Part shown: positions 28,510 through 37,821 of the stretch, one piece after another | How the letters are laid out: every line of letters starts with the position of its first letter | How positions within the stretch are numbered: the first letter of the stretch is position 1 | NCBI GenBank assembly: GCA_963780345.1 | Contig: CAWABU010000002.1 | Span: 595,512 to 659,511 of the forward strand | Reading direction: 5' to 3' | Length of the DNA stretch: 64,000 nucleotides | Origin: an uncultured Acidimicrobiaceae bacterium | Lineage (GTDB): Bacteria > Actinomycetota > Acidimicrobiia > Acidimicrobiales > Palsa-688 | Translations under genes and position numbers: made by a program | The notes under the pieces: model-generated | The model's input: the letters and a program-made list of their open reading frames with translations, nothing else | What the model was told of the DNA's origin: nothing | The model's database searches: none

Positions 28510-29604
28510 TCAGCTCAAGTTGAACGTCAAGCCGGTAAGCGGGAACGTCTGAGAGCCGGTAGTCGAGCAAATCTCGACCCCGTACTCGAGTTGGGTCGGC
28601 ACGTCGGACGACTTCACCAGGCTCTGCGACACCAAATATTTGAGCGCGGAGAGGATGTCCACCGAGCCGGACTTCACCTGCGACTGGCGGATGAAGATGA
28701 ACTCGTCGCCGAGGTTGACGAACTCGTAGGCAACGCCTCCGACGGTGACCGGGGTGCCCTGGGTGTTCCAGTACGTCTGGCTACCGCTGTCCTCGTTCCA
28801 GATCATGATCTCCGTGCCCCAATTGTTGAGCCAGAGGTCGTAAGCGGCATCCATGCTGTCGCCGCTCGTGGGGTACTGCTCCGCGAACGAGGACGTGATC
28901 GACTGGTAGGCGGAGATGGGCTTCGTCGACACTCCGTTATTACGGCCGCCGACGTCGTACTCGGAGTTCGGGTACGTCTCGACCTGGCCCTGGATGTTCG
29001 GCTGGTTCGACACGGCATACCAACTGGCCTGGTTGCACACATAGATCGACTGCGGACCATGACTGCCCGACCAGGCGTCATTGTCCACCCACCAGGTGCC
29101 AGTGTTGTCAAGGCTTTCTGTCCCGGTAGCCTGGCTGCTCGACCAGGACGGCTGGGTGCAGTTACCACCCCCGACAGGCGGAACCGCCGTGGTCGTCGTG
29201 GACGGCGCCACCGTGGTGGTGGTCCGCGGCACCGTGGTGGTGGTCGTCCGCGGCACCGTGGTGGTGGTGGTCGACGCCACCGTCGTCGTGGTGGACCGCG
29301 GGACGGTGGTCGTAGTGGTCGACGCGGCCGTGGTCGTCGTACTCTGCGGCACCGTGGTCGTGGTGGTCGATCCCGAGTTGGAACCGCAATTCCGACTGTG
29401 CCTCCAGCACGACGGATACGTCCGGAACGGGACGGAACGCATATTGACGCGAGCCGCCTGGTAACTCGGCCCGGCGGTGGGGACGAAGAAGCCAGAGAAC
29501 CCGAAGAGCAGGAAGGTGGCCATGCTTACGCCCAAGGCTGGTCGGACTGAGCGCAACCTCCTCCCGTGGGTCACAGCCTGAATGAGACGTCGATACATCG
29601 ACAT
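28510..29604 (-). CDS. secreted GH12 glycoside hydrolase (endo-beta-1,4-glucanase/xyloglucanase family) with a Thr-rich linker
   Basis: Signal peptide, a long (TTTTTVPRS)n linker, and a GH12 domain about 90% identical to the C-terminus of 26770-28281, with the same TEIMIWN motif. Confidence 0.8.
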   Translation of the reverse strand: MSMYRRLIQAVTHGRRLRSVRPALGVSMATFLLFGFSGFFVPTAGPSYQAARVNMRSVPFRTYPSCWRHSRNCGSNSGSTTTTTVPQSTTTTAASTTTTTVPRSTTTTVASTTTTTVPRTTTTTVPRTTTTVAPSTTTTAVPPVGGGNCTQPSWSSSQATGTESLDNTGTWWVDNDAWSGSHGPQSIYVCNQASWYAVSNQPNIQGQVETYPNSEYDVGGRNNGVSTKPISAYQSITSSFAEQYPTSGDSMDAAYDLWLNNWGTEIMIWNEDSGSQTYWNTQGTPVTVGGVAYEFVNLGDEFIFIRQSQVKSGSVDILSALKYLVSQSLVKSSDVPTQLEYGVEICSTTGSQTFPLTGLTFNLS

Positions 29605-30730
29605 TTCCTACTCCTGGGTTAGACCGTCAAGTACGCCCCGTTGTTGCATATGTGGATGGATGTCCGCACTCCCTCATTTCCACTGCACTCACCGGACGCG
29701 CCCGCCAGGTGGGAGTCAGAAGAGCCGCTTCGAGCGCGACAAACACATTGGTCAACTACGGTGAAGATTCTCGTGACCACACGCGGTGCGGGAATCACGG
29801 CCAACTGACGAGCGCGGCTGCGCTACGACCGACAGGCCGATGCGAGAAACCGTAACCGGATGAAGTCGATGAACGGCAGAGTTACCGTGTCGACGGAAAC
29901 CCTGCGAAGATCCTCTACGGGACGACGAAGCACGACCGGACGGCACAGGCCTTGCCGCAATCAATCTGTCCATTCGTGCTCAGGGGCAACTGGCCATCCC
30001 GTAGCAATATTCTTATTGATGAGCTCTCGTCACCGCAGCTGGAGGGCTGCGACTCGGCCGATCCGAGTGCTCGCTTCCGTGACCGGTCACCCTGGGTACG
30101 GTCGCCGAAGGGCCATCGCGGCACCAGTGGACAAGGGGCCGGCGAACTTGCACCAGATCAGGGCTTGCACGCATATGCCATGAACTCATTGAAATTGAAT
30201 CAGTGTCATGCCAGCCACCTTGGCTCCGAGGGATGAGCTTCGGGGCTGGCTGATCAACCCCGACACTTGCTAGCGCGGTTCGCGGGGCGCGCGCAAGGGG
30301 TACAGATGGTTTTGACGCGCTTGCTGGCGCCAACTGATCGCTTCAGATGAGTGGGGCCTGCACCCTTATTCCGGCGCGGTCTGGAGCCAGCCATGCGGGG
30401 ATAGTAGCCGATCGTCTCAGCGGTCCAAACGGCGTGGACGCATAGAGACCGAAACCGCGTGAGGCATACAAGCCAATGTCCCGACCTGCCATTGAGTTGA
30501 TATGTCAGGAGCGGCGGAGCGGCACTGACAGCCGGCGGGGTGCGACGGGCGGGCGGCAGGGCAGGGCCGTGCCTATCCTCTGTTCAGTTTCCGGCAACTC
30601 ATCGCATTCCGGAGGTCCCGGTCCTCTGGAATATCCGATTTGACCGGATTCTCACGTCGTTCAGCGGCCGCCTCCTCTCTGCGAGGTCTCGACGGTACGG
30701 GGCGCGGTTGGAGCGCTGGGGCCCCCGGGT

Positions 30731-30800
30731 TCCACTTATCGGGCTCAGTTTGGCTATCGGGCTCAGTTTGGCTGCCGGGCTCAGTTTGGCCGGTGGGCGT
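30731..30800. repeat. 18-bp tandem repeat (gggctcagtttggctnnc) x3-4 in a non-coding region
   Basis: Direct reading of the sequence. Confidence 0.6.
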
Positions 30801-31084
30801 CAGTCGGGCGCCGCCGGGGTGGGCGGGTCCGCCCGGCCGGCCGCCGGCACGATGCCGGCGAGGCCGCTGAGGGCGAGCAGTTGGGCCAGTTCGGGGCCGG
30901 GGTGGTGCAACTGAACGGAACATCCCAGCCGGCGAGCGGTCAACTGCAAGCGGGCCAAGCCCTCGATCAGGCCCATGTCGACCCGGCTGGCGCCAGCCAG
31001 CGGCCAGCTGGTCATGACCACACCACCGCACAGGAGCACAATGACGGCGCGTCCCGGTGAGCTGTCGGTCTCTCCAGATGGCAT
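30800..31084 (-). CDS. possible STAS-domain (anti-sigma-factor antagonist-like) small protein or fragment
   Basis: The C-terminal half matches the STAS pattern (..VDMGLIEGLARLQLTARRLGCSVQLHHPGPELAQLLALSGL..). The N-terminal half is short or atypical. Confidence 0.25.
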   Translation of the reverse strand: MPSGETDSSPGRAVIVLLCGGVVMTSWPLAGASRVDMGLIEGLARLQLTARRLGCSVQLHHPGPELAQLLALSGLAGIVPAAGRADPPTPAAPD

Positions 31085-31144
31085 TTCTTCGTAGGACGAT
31101 CAAGACTGGCCGGGTTCATCGGCGCGTTCGGATGCCTCAAAGTC

Positions 31145-31375
31145 GTGCGGCTAGCTTCGCGGCCCATGTCTCCCGATGATCCGGTTGTCGGCAAGATCGG
31201 CACCGTGATCCATGCCATCCGGGCGGGCCGGCCGGGCGAGATCGTCGTGCACATTCGGGGGGGCACGGAGACGTACATGGCCTACTGCGACACCGACCTG
31301 CCCGAGCAGGCTGAGGTGCTGGTCATCGCTAAACGATCGGCCAGAACTGTCGAGGTCACGCCGTTCGCTAGCTGA
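31145..31375 (+). CDS. NfeD-like OB-fold protein (short form, flotillin partner)
   Basis: VVGKIGTVIHAIRAGRPGEIVVHIRGGTETYMAYCDTDLPEQAEVLVIA matches the NfeD C-terminal beta-barrel pattern. Located immediately upstream of the flotillin gene. Confidence 0.6.
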   Translation: MRLASRPMSPDDPVVGKIGTVIHAIRAGRPGEIVVHIRGGTETYMAYCDTDLPEQAEVLVIAKRSARTVEVTPFAS

Positions 31376-31414
31376 GTCGCGGCGCGATGATGGGGTTCGA
31401 CAAGGAGGCTCACC

Positions 31415-32587
31415 ATGTTTGGTTGGCATGTTCCTGCGCCGGATGAGGCGATGCTCATCAGCGGCAAGCTGCATACGGAGAATGGGCTGCCATTCAAGAT
31501 CGTGACCGGCCACGGCGCCTTCGTCGTTCCCATCCGGAACCGGGTCAGCACCCTCACGCTGGCCATGCAGGAGTCCGAGGTGGCCGAAGAGTGCGTCACC
31601 AAACAGGGGATCGCCCTCCTCTGCCGCTCGGTCATCGCCTTCAAGGTCGGTGACGACCACGAGAGCATCGCCAATGCAGCCCGGCGCTTCCTCGAGGACC
31701 AGGACCACATGTCGGTGCTCACTGGAAGAATCTTCGCCGGTCACCTCCGGTCCATCATCGGCTCCATGACCGTGGAAGAGATCATCCGGGAGCGCCAGCG
31801 GCTGGCGGAGGAGGTGCTGGACGCCTCCAAACCAGAAATGGAAAAGATCGGCCTGGTGGTGGACTCGCTGCAGATCCAATCCATCGACGATCGCGGCTCG
31901 GGCTACATCGCCGCACTGGCGGCGCCCTATCAAGCGGCCGTTCAGCGAGATGCTCGCATCGCTCAAGCCCAGGCCGAACAGGCCGCCGCTCAGGCTCACC
32001 AGGAGTCGCTCCGGAACCAGGCAGAATACGAACGCCAGACCGAGGTGACCAAAGCCGGATACAAAGCCGAGATCGATCGAGCCCAGTCCCAGGCCGCGCA
32101 GTCCGGGCCGCTGGCCCAGGCTCAGGCTCAGGCAGCCGTGCTGGAGGCCCAGCGGGAGTTGGCCGTGCGCAATGCCGAGCTCAAGGAGAAGGAGCTCATC
32201 GCCAGCGTCGAGAAGCCCGCGGAGGCGGAAGCCTTTCGGATCCGGACCATCGCCGAGGCCGAAGCCAGGCGCACCAGGCTGCAGGCCGAGGCAACCGCCA
32301 CGGGGCAGGGCATTGCCCTGCAACGCATGCTGGTGGAGAAGATGCCCGAGATCATCGGCGCGGCCGCGTCGGAGCTGGCCAACGCCAACGTCACCGTGCT
32401 CAACGGGGCGGACGGCATGGGTCAGCTACTCGCCGGCCTGGCCGGGCAGGCGAGCCAGCTCATGAAGCTGGTGCAAAACGGCGTCAATCTCAACGGCCAA
32501 AGTGCCCTACCTGGGGGCGACGCCGACGCCGACGCCAAGCAGAGCGGCACGCCGGACTCAGCGTCAACCCGGGCGCCGGCCGGGTAG
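31415..32587 (+). CDS. flotillin-like SPFH/band-7 protein
   Basis: SPFH domain, then a long Ala/Gln/Glu-rich coiled-coil (AQAQAEQAAAQAHQES...EAEAFRIRTIAEAEA). Confidence 0.85.
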   Translation: MFGWHVPAPDEAMLISGKLHTENGLPFKIVTGHGAFVVPIRNRVSTLTLAMQESEVAEECVTKQGIALLCRSVIAFKVGDDHESIANAARRFLEDQDHMSVLTGRIFAGHLRSIIGSMTVEEIIRERQRLAEEVLDASKPEMEKIGLVVDSLQIQSIDDRGSGYIAALAAPYQAAVQRDARIAQAQAEQAAAQAHQESLRNQAEYERQTEVTKAGYKAEIDRAQSQAAQSGPLAQAQAQAAVLEAQRELAVRNAELKEKELIASVEKPAEAEAFRIRTIAEAEARRTRLQAEATATGQGIALQRMLVEKMPEIIGAAASELANANVTVLNGADGMGQLLAGLAGQASQLMKLVQNGVNLNGQSALPGGDADADAKQSGTPDSASTRAPAG

Positions 32588-32596
32588 CTGCTCAGC

Positions 32597-33130
32597 ATGA
32601 TCGACGGAGCCTCCCCGGGAGGCGGCCCGCTCTTCCCGGGGCGTGGCCGGGACGGGCAGGAACTTCAGGCGAACTGGCTGCAACCATCGCCGCGGCTGCG
32701 CCTGGTCCGGCGAGGACAACTGGTGGTGGCGACCCTGCCGGTCCTCGTCGTCGCGGTCGCGGTCGGGGTCGCCGTCAGCGGCGCGGTGGCGGCCGTCCTG
32801 GCGGCGATCGGCGTTCTGGTGGTCGCCGGTGTCGTCGACCTCTTCCTCGGCCGCCGAATTCGGGCCTGGGGCTACGCCGAGCGGGACGACGATCTGCTGG
32901 TACGGCGCGGGGTCATGATCAGGCGGCTCTCGGTTGTCCCGTACGGTCGCATGCAATTTGTAGACGTGACCGCCGGGCCGGTGGAGCGCTCCTTCGGGCT
33001 GGCCACCGTGCGGATGCACACCGCAGCGGCGGCTTCGGACGCCCGCGTCCCCGGGCTGCCGGCCACCGAGGCCGCCCGCCTCCGCGACAACCTCACGGCA
33101 CTGGGGGAAGCCCGGGCCGCCGGCCTGTGA
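32597..33130 (+). CDS. YdbS-like membrane protein with a bacterial PH (bPH_2) domain
   Basis: Two TM helices followed by the RRGVMIRRLSVVPYGRMQFVDVTAGPVERSFGLATVRMHTA bPH pattern. Confidence 0.65.
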   Translation: MIDGASPGGGPLFPGRGRDGQELQANWLQPSPRLRLVRRGQLVVATLPVLVVAVAVGVAVSGAVAAVLAAIGVLVVAGVVDLFLGRRIRAWGYAERDDDLLVRRGVMIRRLSVVPYGRMQFVDVTAGPVERSFGLATVRMHTAAAASDARVPGLPATEAARLRDNLTALGEARAAGL

Positions 33131-33305
33131 CCGGTCCTGGGCTTGCGGCCGGCTCCCCGCTCGTGACCAGCCCCGCGCTCGTGACCAGCCCTGGGCTTGT
33201 GACCAGCCCCGGGGTTGTGACCAGTCCCGGGGCTGTGACCAGCCCCGGCGTTGTGACCGGTCTTGGCCGGTGACCGGTCCTGAGCTTCTGACCAGCCCCG
33301 GCGGG
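33126..33305. repeat. 18-bp tandem repeat array (gtgaccagccccgggnnt) about 9 copies, spanning the ydbS-like/ydbT-like intergenic region
   Basis: Direct reading: consecutive units at 33163, 33181, 33199, 33217, 33235, 33253, 33270 and others. Confidence 0.75.
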
Positions 33306-34718
33306 CGGCCGGCCGAGGCGTCCCCGCGCTGGCGACGGGTGCACCCGCTCTCGCCCCTGGTTCGCACCGGCGGACCGCTCGGCGGCCTGCTGGTCCTGGC
33401 CATCACCGGGGCGCGCCGCCACGGCAACTACACGGCCGTCCTGGCCGAGGTCGGGGTGATCGTGGCCCTCCTGCTCGTCGGCTTCGTTTCCTGGCTGGTC
33501 ACGCGCTGGCGGATCGAAAACGGGGTCTTGCGGATCGAAAGCGGGCTGTTGCGACGGACTTCTCGCCGTTTCCCTGCTGATCAGATCCAGGCCGTCGATA
33601 CCGTCCGCCCGGTGCTCGCCCGGGTCTTCGGGTTGGCAGAGGTGCGAGTGCGGATGGCCGCCTCCACGGGCGAGCACGGTCGCCTCTCCTACCTGACCGA
33701 CAACGAAGCCGAGCAGGTGCGAGCCCGCCTGCTGGCGCTGGCGCATGGTGTCGCCGAGCACGCACCCCCGCCGTCCGAGCACGTGCTGATCACCACCCCT
33801 ACCCGCCGGCTGATCCCATCGATCCTGCTGAGCGGCATCGGCCTGGTGCTGGAAGCGGTGATCGTGGCCCTGGTCATCCTGGTGGCGGTCACGCCGTCGG
33901 CCGTGGGACCGGCCTTGAGCGTCACGGCGACGGCGCTGATCGGCCTGGTGGCGAGCGTGTTCCGCCGGCTCAACAGCGACTACCACCTGACCGTGGCCGA
34001 GGCTCCGGATGGGCTCCGGCTGCGATCGGGGCTGCTGCAGACCGCGGCCGAGACGATCCCACGCGGGCGGGTGCAGGGTGTCCGTATGGTCGAGCCGTGG
34101 CTCTGGCGGCCTTTCGGCTGGTGCCGGTTGGTGGTCGACGTCGCCGGAAAACAGCGAGCGGGTCGCGAGAGCCGTTCCATCTCCGAAGCGCTCCGGACCG
34201 TCCTGCCGGTCGGCTCCAGGGAGCAAGCGGCGTGGCTCCTGGAGCGGATCCTCCCGGACGTGCCACAGCATCGCTCCCGCCCGCCATCGCGGGCCCGCTG
34301 GAAGTCGCCATTGCGTTACCGCTATCTCTCGTGGGGCGGCGACCGGTCCTACGCCGTCACCACCAGTGGCCGGATCCGCCGGGTCACCGACTGGGTGCCG
34401 CTCGCAAAAGTGCAAAGCATCCGCCAGGTGGAAGGGCCCCTGCAGCGTCGCCTGCACCTCGCCACCGTGCACCTCGACACTGCCGGTCGCAACATCCATG
34501 CCGCCCTCCGCGACCGTGATCACGAGGAGTGCGAAGGGCTGATGGCATCACTGCCGGAGTTGTGCCGGGTAGCCCGGGCGGCGGCGTACGGGCTGCCGGG
34601 CAGGAGGGCGGCGGGGGCGGCGGCGGCGAACCCGGCGGGAGGATCGTCACGGGTGGATCCGGCGGGGGCAACCGACCCGGCGGGGGGAAGCGGAGTCGCC
34701 CCGGCGGATGGGGCATAG
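33270..34718 (+). CDS. YdbT-like membrane protein with three bPH domains
   Basis: TM hairpins plus repeated bPH motifs (RIESGLLRRTSRRFPADQIQAVD; RLRSGLLQTAAETIPRGRVQGVRM; TTSGRIRRVTDWVPLAKVQSI). The 5' end overlaps the 18-bp repeat array, so the true start may be downstream. Confidence 0.7.
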   Translation: MTGPELLTSPGGRPAEASPRWRRVHPLSPLVRTGGPLGGLLVLAITGARRHGNYTAVLAEVGVIVALLLVGFVSWLVTRWRIENGVLRIESGLLRRTSRRFPADQIQAVDTVRPVLARVFGLAEVRVRMAASTGEHGRLSYLTDNEAEQVRARLLALAHGVAEHAPPPSEHVLITTPTRRLIPSILLSGIGLVLEAVIVALVILVAVTPSAVGPALSVTATALIGLVASVFRRLNSDYHLTVAEAPDGLRLRSGLLQTAAETIPRGRVQGVRMVEPWLWRPFGWCRLVVDVAGKQRAGRESRSISEALRTVLPVGSREQAAWLLERILPDVPQHRSRPPSRARWKSPLRYRYLSWGGDRSYAVTTSGRIRRVTDWVPLAKVQSIRQVEGPLQRRLHLATVHLDTAGRNIHAALRDRDHEECEGLMASLPELCRVARAAAYGLPGRRAAGAAAANPAGGSSRVDPAGATDPAGGSGVAPADGA

Positions 34719-34752
34719 GGGGCGGTCCTTCCGGCGCCGCGCGCCGTCGGAT

Positions 34753-35142
34753 TCAGTCGCTACCCTCCGGCTGGTGACAGACCGCTTCGACATTGTTGCC
34801 GTCGGGGTCCCGCACGAAAGCGCCGTAATAGTTGGGGTGGTACTCAGGCCAGACCCGCGGCGAGTGGAGCACCTCCGCGCCGCGGCCGGTCGCGGCCTCG
34901 AAGAAGGCTCGCACCGCCGCCCGGTCCGCAGCTACGAAGGCCAGGTGTGATTCCCGGAAGCCTTCTCCAGTCCGGGCGGCGCCGATCCAGAAGTCGGGTC
35001 TGGGCGGCACCCCGTAGCCGAGGACCTCGCCGAAGTCCATGATCCGTTGCCCGCCGAGGGGCGCGAGGACGGCGTCGTAGAACGCCGCGCTCTCGGCGAC
35101 GTCCTGACACTGGATGGAGACGTGGTCGAGCATGGGCCTCAT
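34753..35142 (-). CDS. VOC/glyoxalase-family protein
   Basis: MLDHVSIQCQDVAESAAFYDAVL...DPDGNNVEAV glyoxalase-fold pattern. ATG at 35140-35142. Confidence 0.75.
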   Translation of the reverse strand: MRPMLDHVSIQCQDVAESAAFYDAVLAPLGGQRIMDFGEVLGYGVPPRPDFWIGAARTGEGFRESHLAFVAADRAAVRAFFEAATGRGAEVLHSPRVWPEYHPNYYGAFVRDPDGNNVEAVCHQPEGSD

Positions 35143-35476
35143 ATTGCCCGGTGAGGGCTCGGAGCGTTGGAGGGTCAGCCCGCGCCCACCAGCCGGCGGG
35201 CTATCCATGGGCGGGGGCCGGCACAGTGGCGGCTGAGGCGGCGGGCCCAGGCGTCGCGCCGCCTGGCGCCCCCGCCTCACCTGCTCCCTGCCTCCCGACG
35301 ACCTCGCGGCGCGCCGCCGGCCCGGCACCGCAGGGCGAACGGTGCCGGGCCGGGGAGTGGTCCGGCACCCGGGGGGCGATGTACCGGACCGGCTCGGGCG
35401 GGCGCTGGAACGGGCAGCGCCCGGCCCGAGCGGCCAGCCGGATGCCTGACGCAGTACCCGGCCGGCGATCTTGGGC

Positions 35477-37666
35477 CTATCCCTTGGAGCCGACTTCCAC
35501 CAGAAGCGGCTCGTCGACCGGCTGCCCATCGACGGGCGGCGCGTCGCCGGGATGAGACGGCCGGCCGACACGGGTGGGCAGGGGCGCCGGCTCCCGGACG
35601 AAGAGGGCCTGGCCCAGCCAGCCCGGGAGGTACCAGTTCCACCGCCCGAGGACGCCGATCAGCGACGGCACGAGCAGGGATCGGATCACCAGGGCGTCGA
35701 GGAGGATCCCGGCGCCGAGCCCGGTTGCCATCACTTTGAGGTCGGTCATCGGTGCCGTCGACAGGGACAGGAAGGCGAGGAAGAGGATCAAGGCGGCGCT
35801 GGTGACCAGCCGGCCGGTCCGCCCGATTCCAACCAGCACGGCGCCGTCGGTCGATCCGGTGCGGTCGTACTCCTCCCGGATGCGGGAGAGGATGAAGACC
35901 TCGTAGTCCATCGAGAGGCCAAACAAGAAGGCGAACACCATGATCGGCACCCACACGGTGATCGACCCGGTGGCGGGAATCGACCACACCGCCTGACTGC
36001 CGTGCCCCTGCTGCCAGACGAGGACCATGACGCCGTAGGCGGCGGCCACGGAGAGCAGGTTGAACAGTACGGCCTTGACCGCCAGTACCACCGACCGGAA
36101 CGCCCGGGTCAGGAGGAGCAGGGTGGCGACCCCGATGAGCGCCAGCATCAGCGGAAACGATCCGTATACGGCGTGGACGAAGTCGACCTGTTCCGGGCCG
36201 CTGCCGCCCACGCCAATGACACCCGGCAGGTGGGCCGCCGTCGACCGCACGGCTGCGACGGTGGACCCGCCGGAGGAGGTGGAAGGCTCGGCGGAGGGCA
36301 GGACCTCGACCAGAGCCGTGCCCCCATGGTGAAATTCGGGGCCGGTCGGAGCCACGGCCGTGTCGACGCCTTTGACCGTGGCCAGCTCGGCCGCCACCCG
36401 CGGCGCGGCGTCGGCCTCCACCAGGACGTCGATCGGCTCCAGGATCCCGGAGGGAACCCCGCCGGCTTCGAGACCGGCCAGGGCGCGGTGGGCCGGACCG
36501 GACTGAGCCAGGACCGAGCTCTTCGGCTCACCCAGGTTGAGGGCGAAGACCGGTATGACAAGGGCGACGAGGAGGGCGCCCCCGATGAGCGCCGCGGCCT
36601 TCCGCCGCCGGAGCACCAGGCGGGCCCAGGCCGTCCAGGGGCGGCTGGCATGGACCTCGTGCCGTAGCCGCGGCCGGTCGAGCCAGGGTCCGATGCTGGC
36701 CAGGAGGGCCGGGACCAGGGTCAGCGCCACCGCTACCGACACGATCGGGATGAGGAATCCGGCCACCCCGATGGTGGCGAGGAAGGTCACCGGCAGGACG
36801 ACCAGCGCCAGGAGACTGATCCCGACGGTCAAGCCGGAGAACACCACGGCCCGTCCAGCGGAATTCATGGCCCGCGCCACGGCCTCGTGGTTGTCGTAGC
36901 CGTGCGCACGCTCCTCCCGCCAGCGGGTGACGACCAGCAGCGAATAGTCGATGGCCACCCCCAGCCCGATCAGGGCGATCAGGAACTCGACGATGACGCT
37001 GACCGACGTGAGGTGGGTCAGGCCGCCGACGATGAGAAAGGTCGACGGGATGGCGACCATCGCCATGAGCATGGGGACGACGGCGATGAAGCTGGCGAAG
37101 ACGAAGGCCAGAACGGCCAGGGCGCCGATACCTCCGAGCGTGGTCTCGGTCAGGGCACTCACGCCCTTGCCGGAGCCGCCGGCCTGCAGCTGACCGAGGC
37201 CGGTGACGCCCGTGTGCCATGCGGCCGGGGCGGCGGCGGCCGCGGCGGCGGTGATCGTGGGAGTGATGCTGTCCCGCATCCCGTTCTGCTCCGGGGTGTA
37301 GACCAGGCCGAAGCCGGTCCGGCCATCGGCGGTGGCGAAGTGGGCGTCGCCGGTGTTCTGCTGGTCAACAACCCGCGCCCCGGGGATGGAGGCGGCGGCC
37401 GCAGTGAGGACGCGGTCAGTCGCGGCCGGTGACGCCACCTGGCCCGTGGGGGCCGTGACGGTCACCACCGTGGGCGAGCCCATGGTGTGGTAGAGGGCCA
37501 GGATCTTGCTGTCGGCGACGAAGCTGGGCTCGCCGGGCATTTTGAACTGCGTCGACAGCCGTTTGGTCGTCGACCCGAGGGTGGCCGCTCCGGCCAGGGC
37601 CACGATGAGCCACGCCAGCATGACCAGGCGGCGATGACGGAGGACGAGGGCGGTCAGTCCGTTCAT
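35477..37666 (-). CDS. MMPL-family (RND superfamily) membrane transporter
   Basis: 729 aa with 12 TM helices in two bundles and two large loop domains. The N-terminus MNGLTALVLRHRRLVMLAWLIVALAGAATLG is typical of MmpL proteins. Confidence 0.85.
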   Translation of the reverse strand: MNGLTALVLRHRRLVMLAWLIVALAGAATLGSTTKRLSTQFKMPGEPSFVADSKILALYHTMGSPTVVTVTAPTGQVASPAATDRVLTAAAASIPGARVVDQQNTGDAHFATADGRTGFGLVYTPEQNGMRDSITPTITAAAAAAAPAAWHTGVTGLGQLQAGGSGKGVSALTETTLGGIGALAVLAFVFASFIAVVPMLMAMVAIPSTFLIVGGLTHLTSVSVIVEFLIALIGLGVAIDYSLLVVTRWREERAHGYDNHEAVARAMNSAGRAVVFSGLTVGISLLALVVLPVTFLATIGVAGFLIPIVSVAVALTLVPALLASIGPWLDRPRLRHEVHASRPWTAWARLVLRRRKAAALIGGALLVALVIPVFALNLGEPKSSVLAQSGPAHRALAGLEAGGVPSGILEPIDVLVEADAAPRVAAELATVKGVDTAVAPTGPEFHHGGTALVEVLPSAEPSTSSGGSTVAAVRSTAAHLPGVIGVGGSGPEQVDFVHAVYGSFPLMLALIGVATLLLLTRAFRSVVLAVKAVLFNLLSVAAAYGVMVLVWQQGHGSQAVWSIPATGSITVWVPIMVFAFLFGLSMDYEVFILSRIREEYDRTGSTDGAVLVGIGRTGRLVTSAALILFLAFLSLSTAPMTDLKVMATGLGAGILLDALVIRSLLVPSLIGVLGRWNWYLPGWLGQALFVREPAPLPTRVGRPSHPGDAPPVDGQPVDEPLLVEVGSKG

Positions 37667-37821
37667 GAGTCGATGATCCTCGGCCGCGGGCCCTTTGGCG
37701 TCGGCCCCGGGATGGTTTCCGGTATCCGACGTGAGGAGGACGAAACAGCCATCGCCTACACCCCAGGCGCTAGGCCCCGGCTCCGGAAGGACGAGCTGGT
37801 GAGCCGCTCGGTACGGGCCGC

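Noticed and set aside
29587-29604. Near-palindrome GTCGATACATCGAC at the GH12 gene start, considered as a CebR-like operator
   Set aside because: It overlaps the start codon and first codons (MSMYR), is imperfect, and does not match the TGGGAGCGCTCCCA-type consensus.
30573-31103. 176-aa minus-strand ORF rich in Arg/Pro and a 124-aa plus ORF at 30540-30914
   Set aside because: They overlap each other and the tandem 18-bp repeat. They show no domain pattern. Only the STAS-like frame was kept, at low confidence.
34719-34752. GC-rich imperfect palindrome CGGCGCCGCGCGCCG between the convergent ydbT-like and VOC genes, as a possible bidirectional terminator
   Set aside because: The stem is imperfect and there is no U-tract. 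Not confident enough to call.
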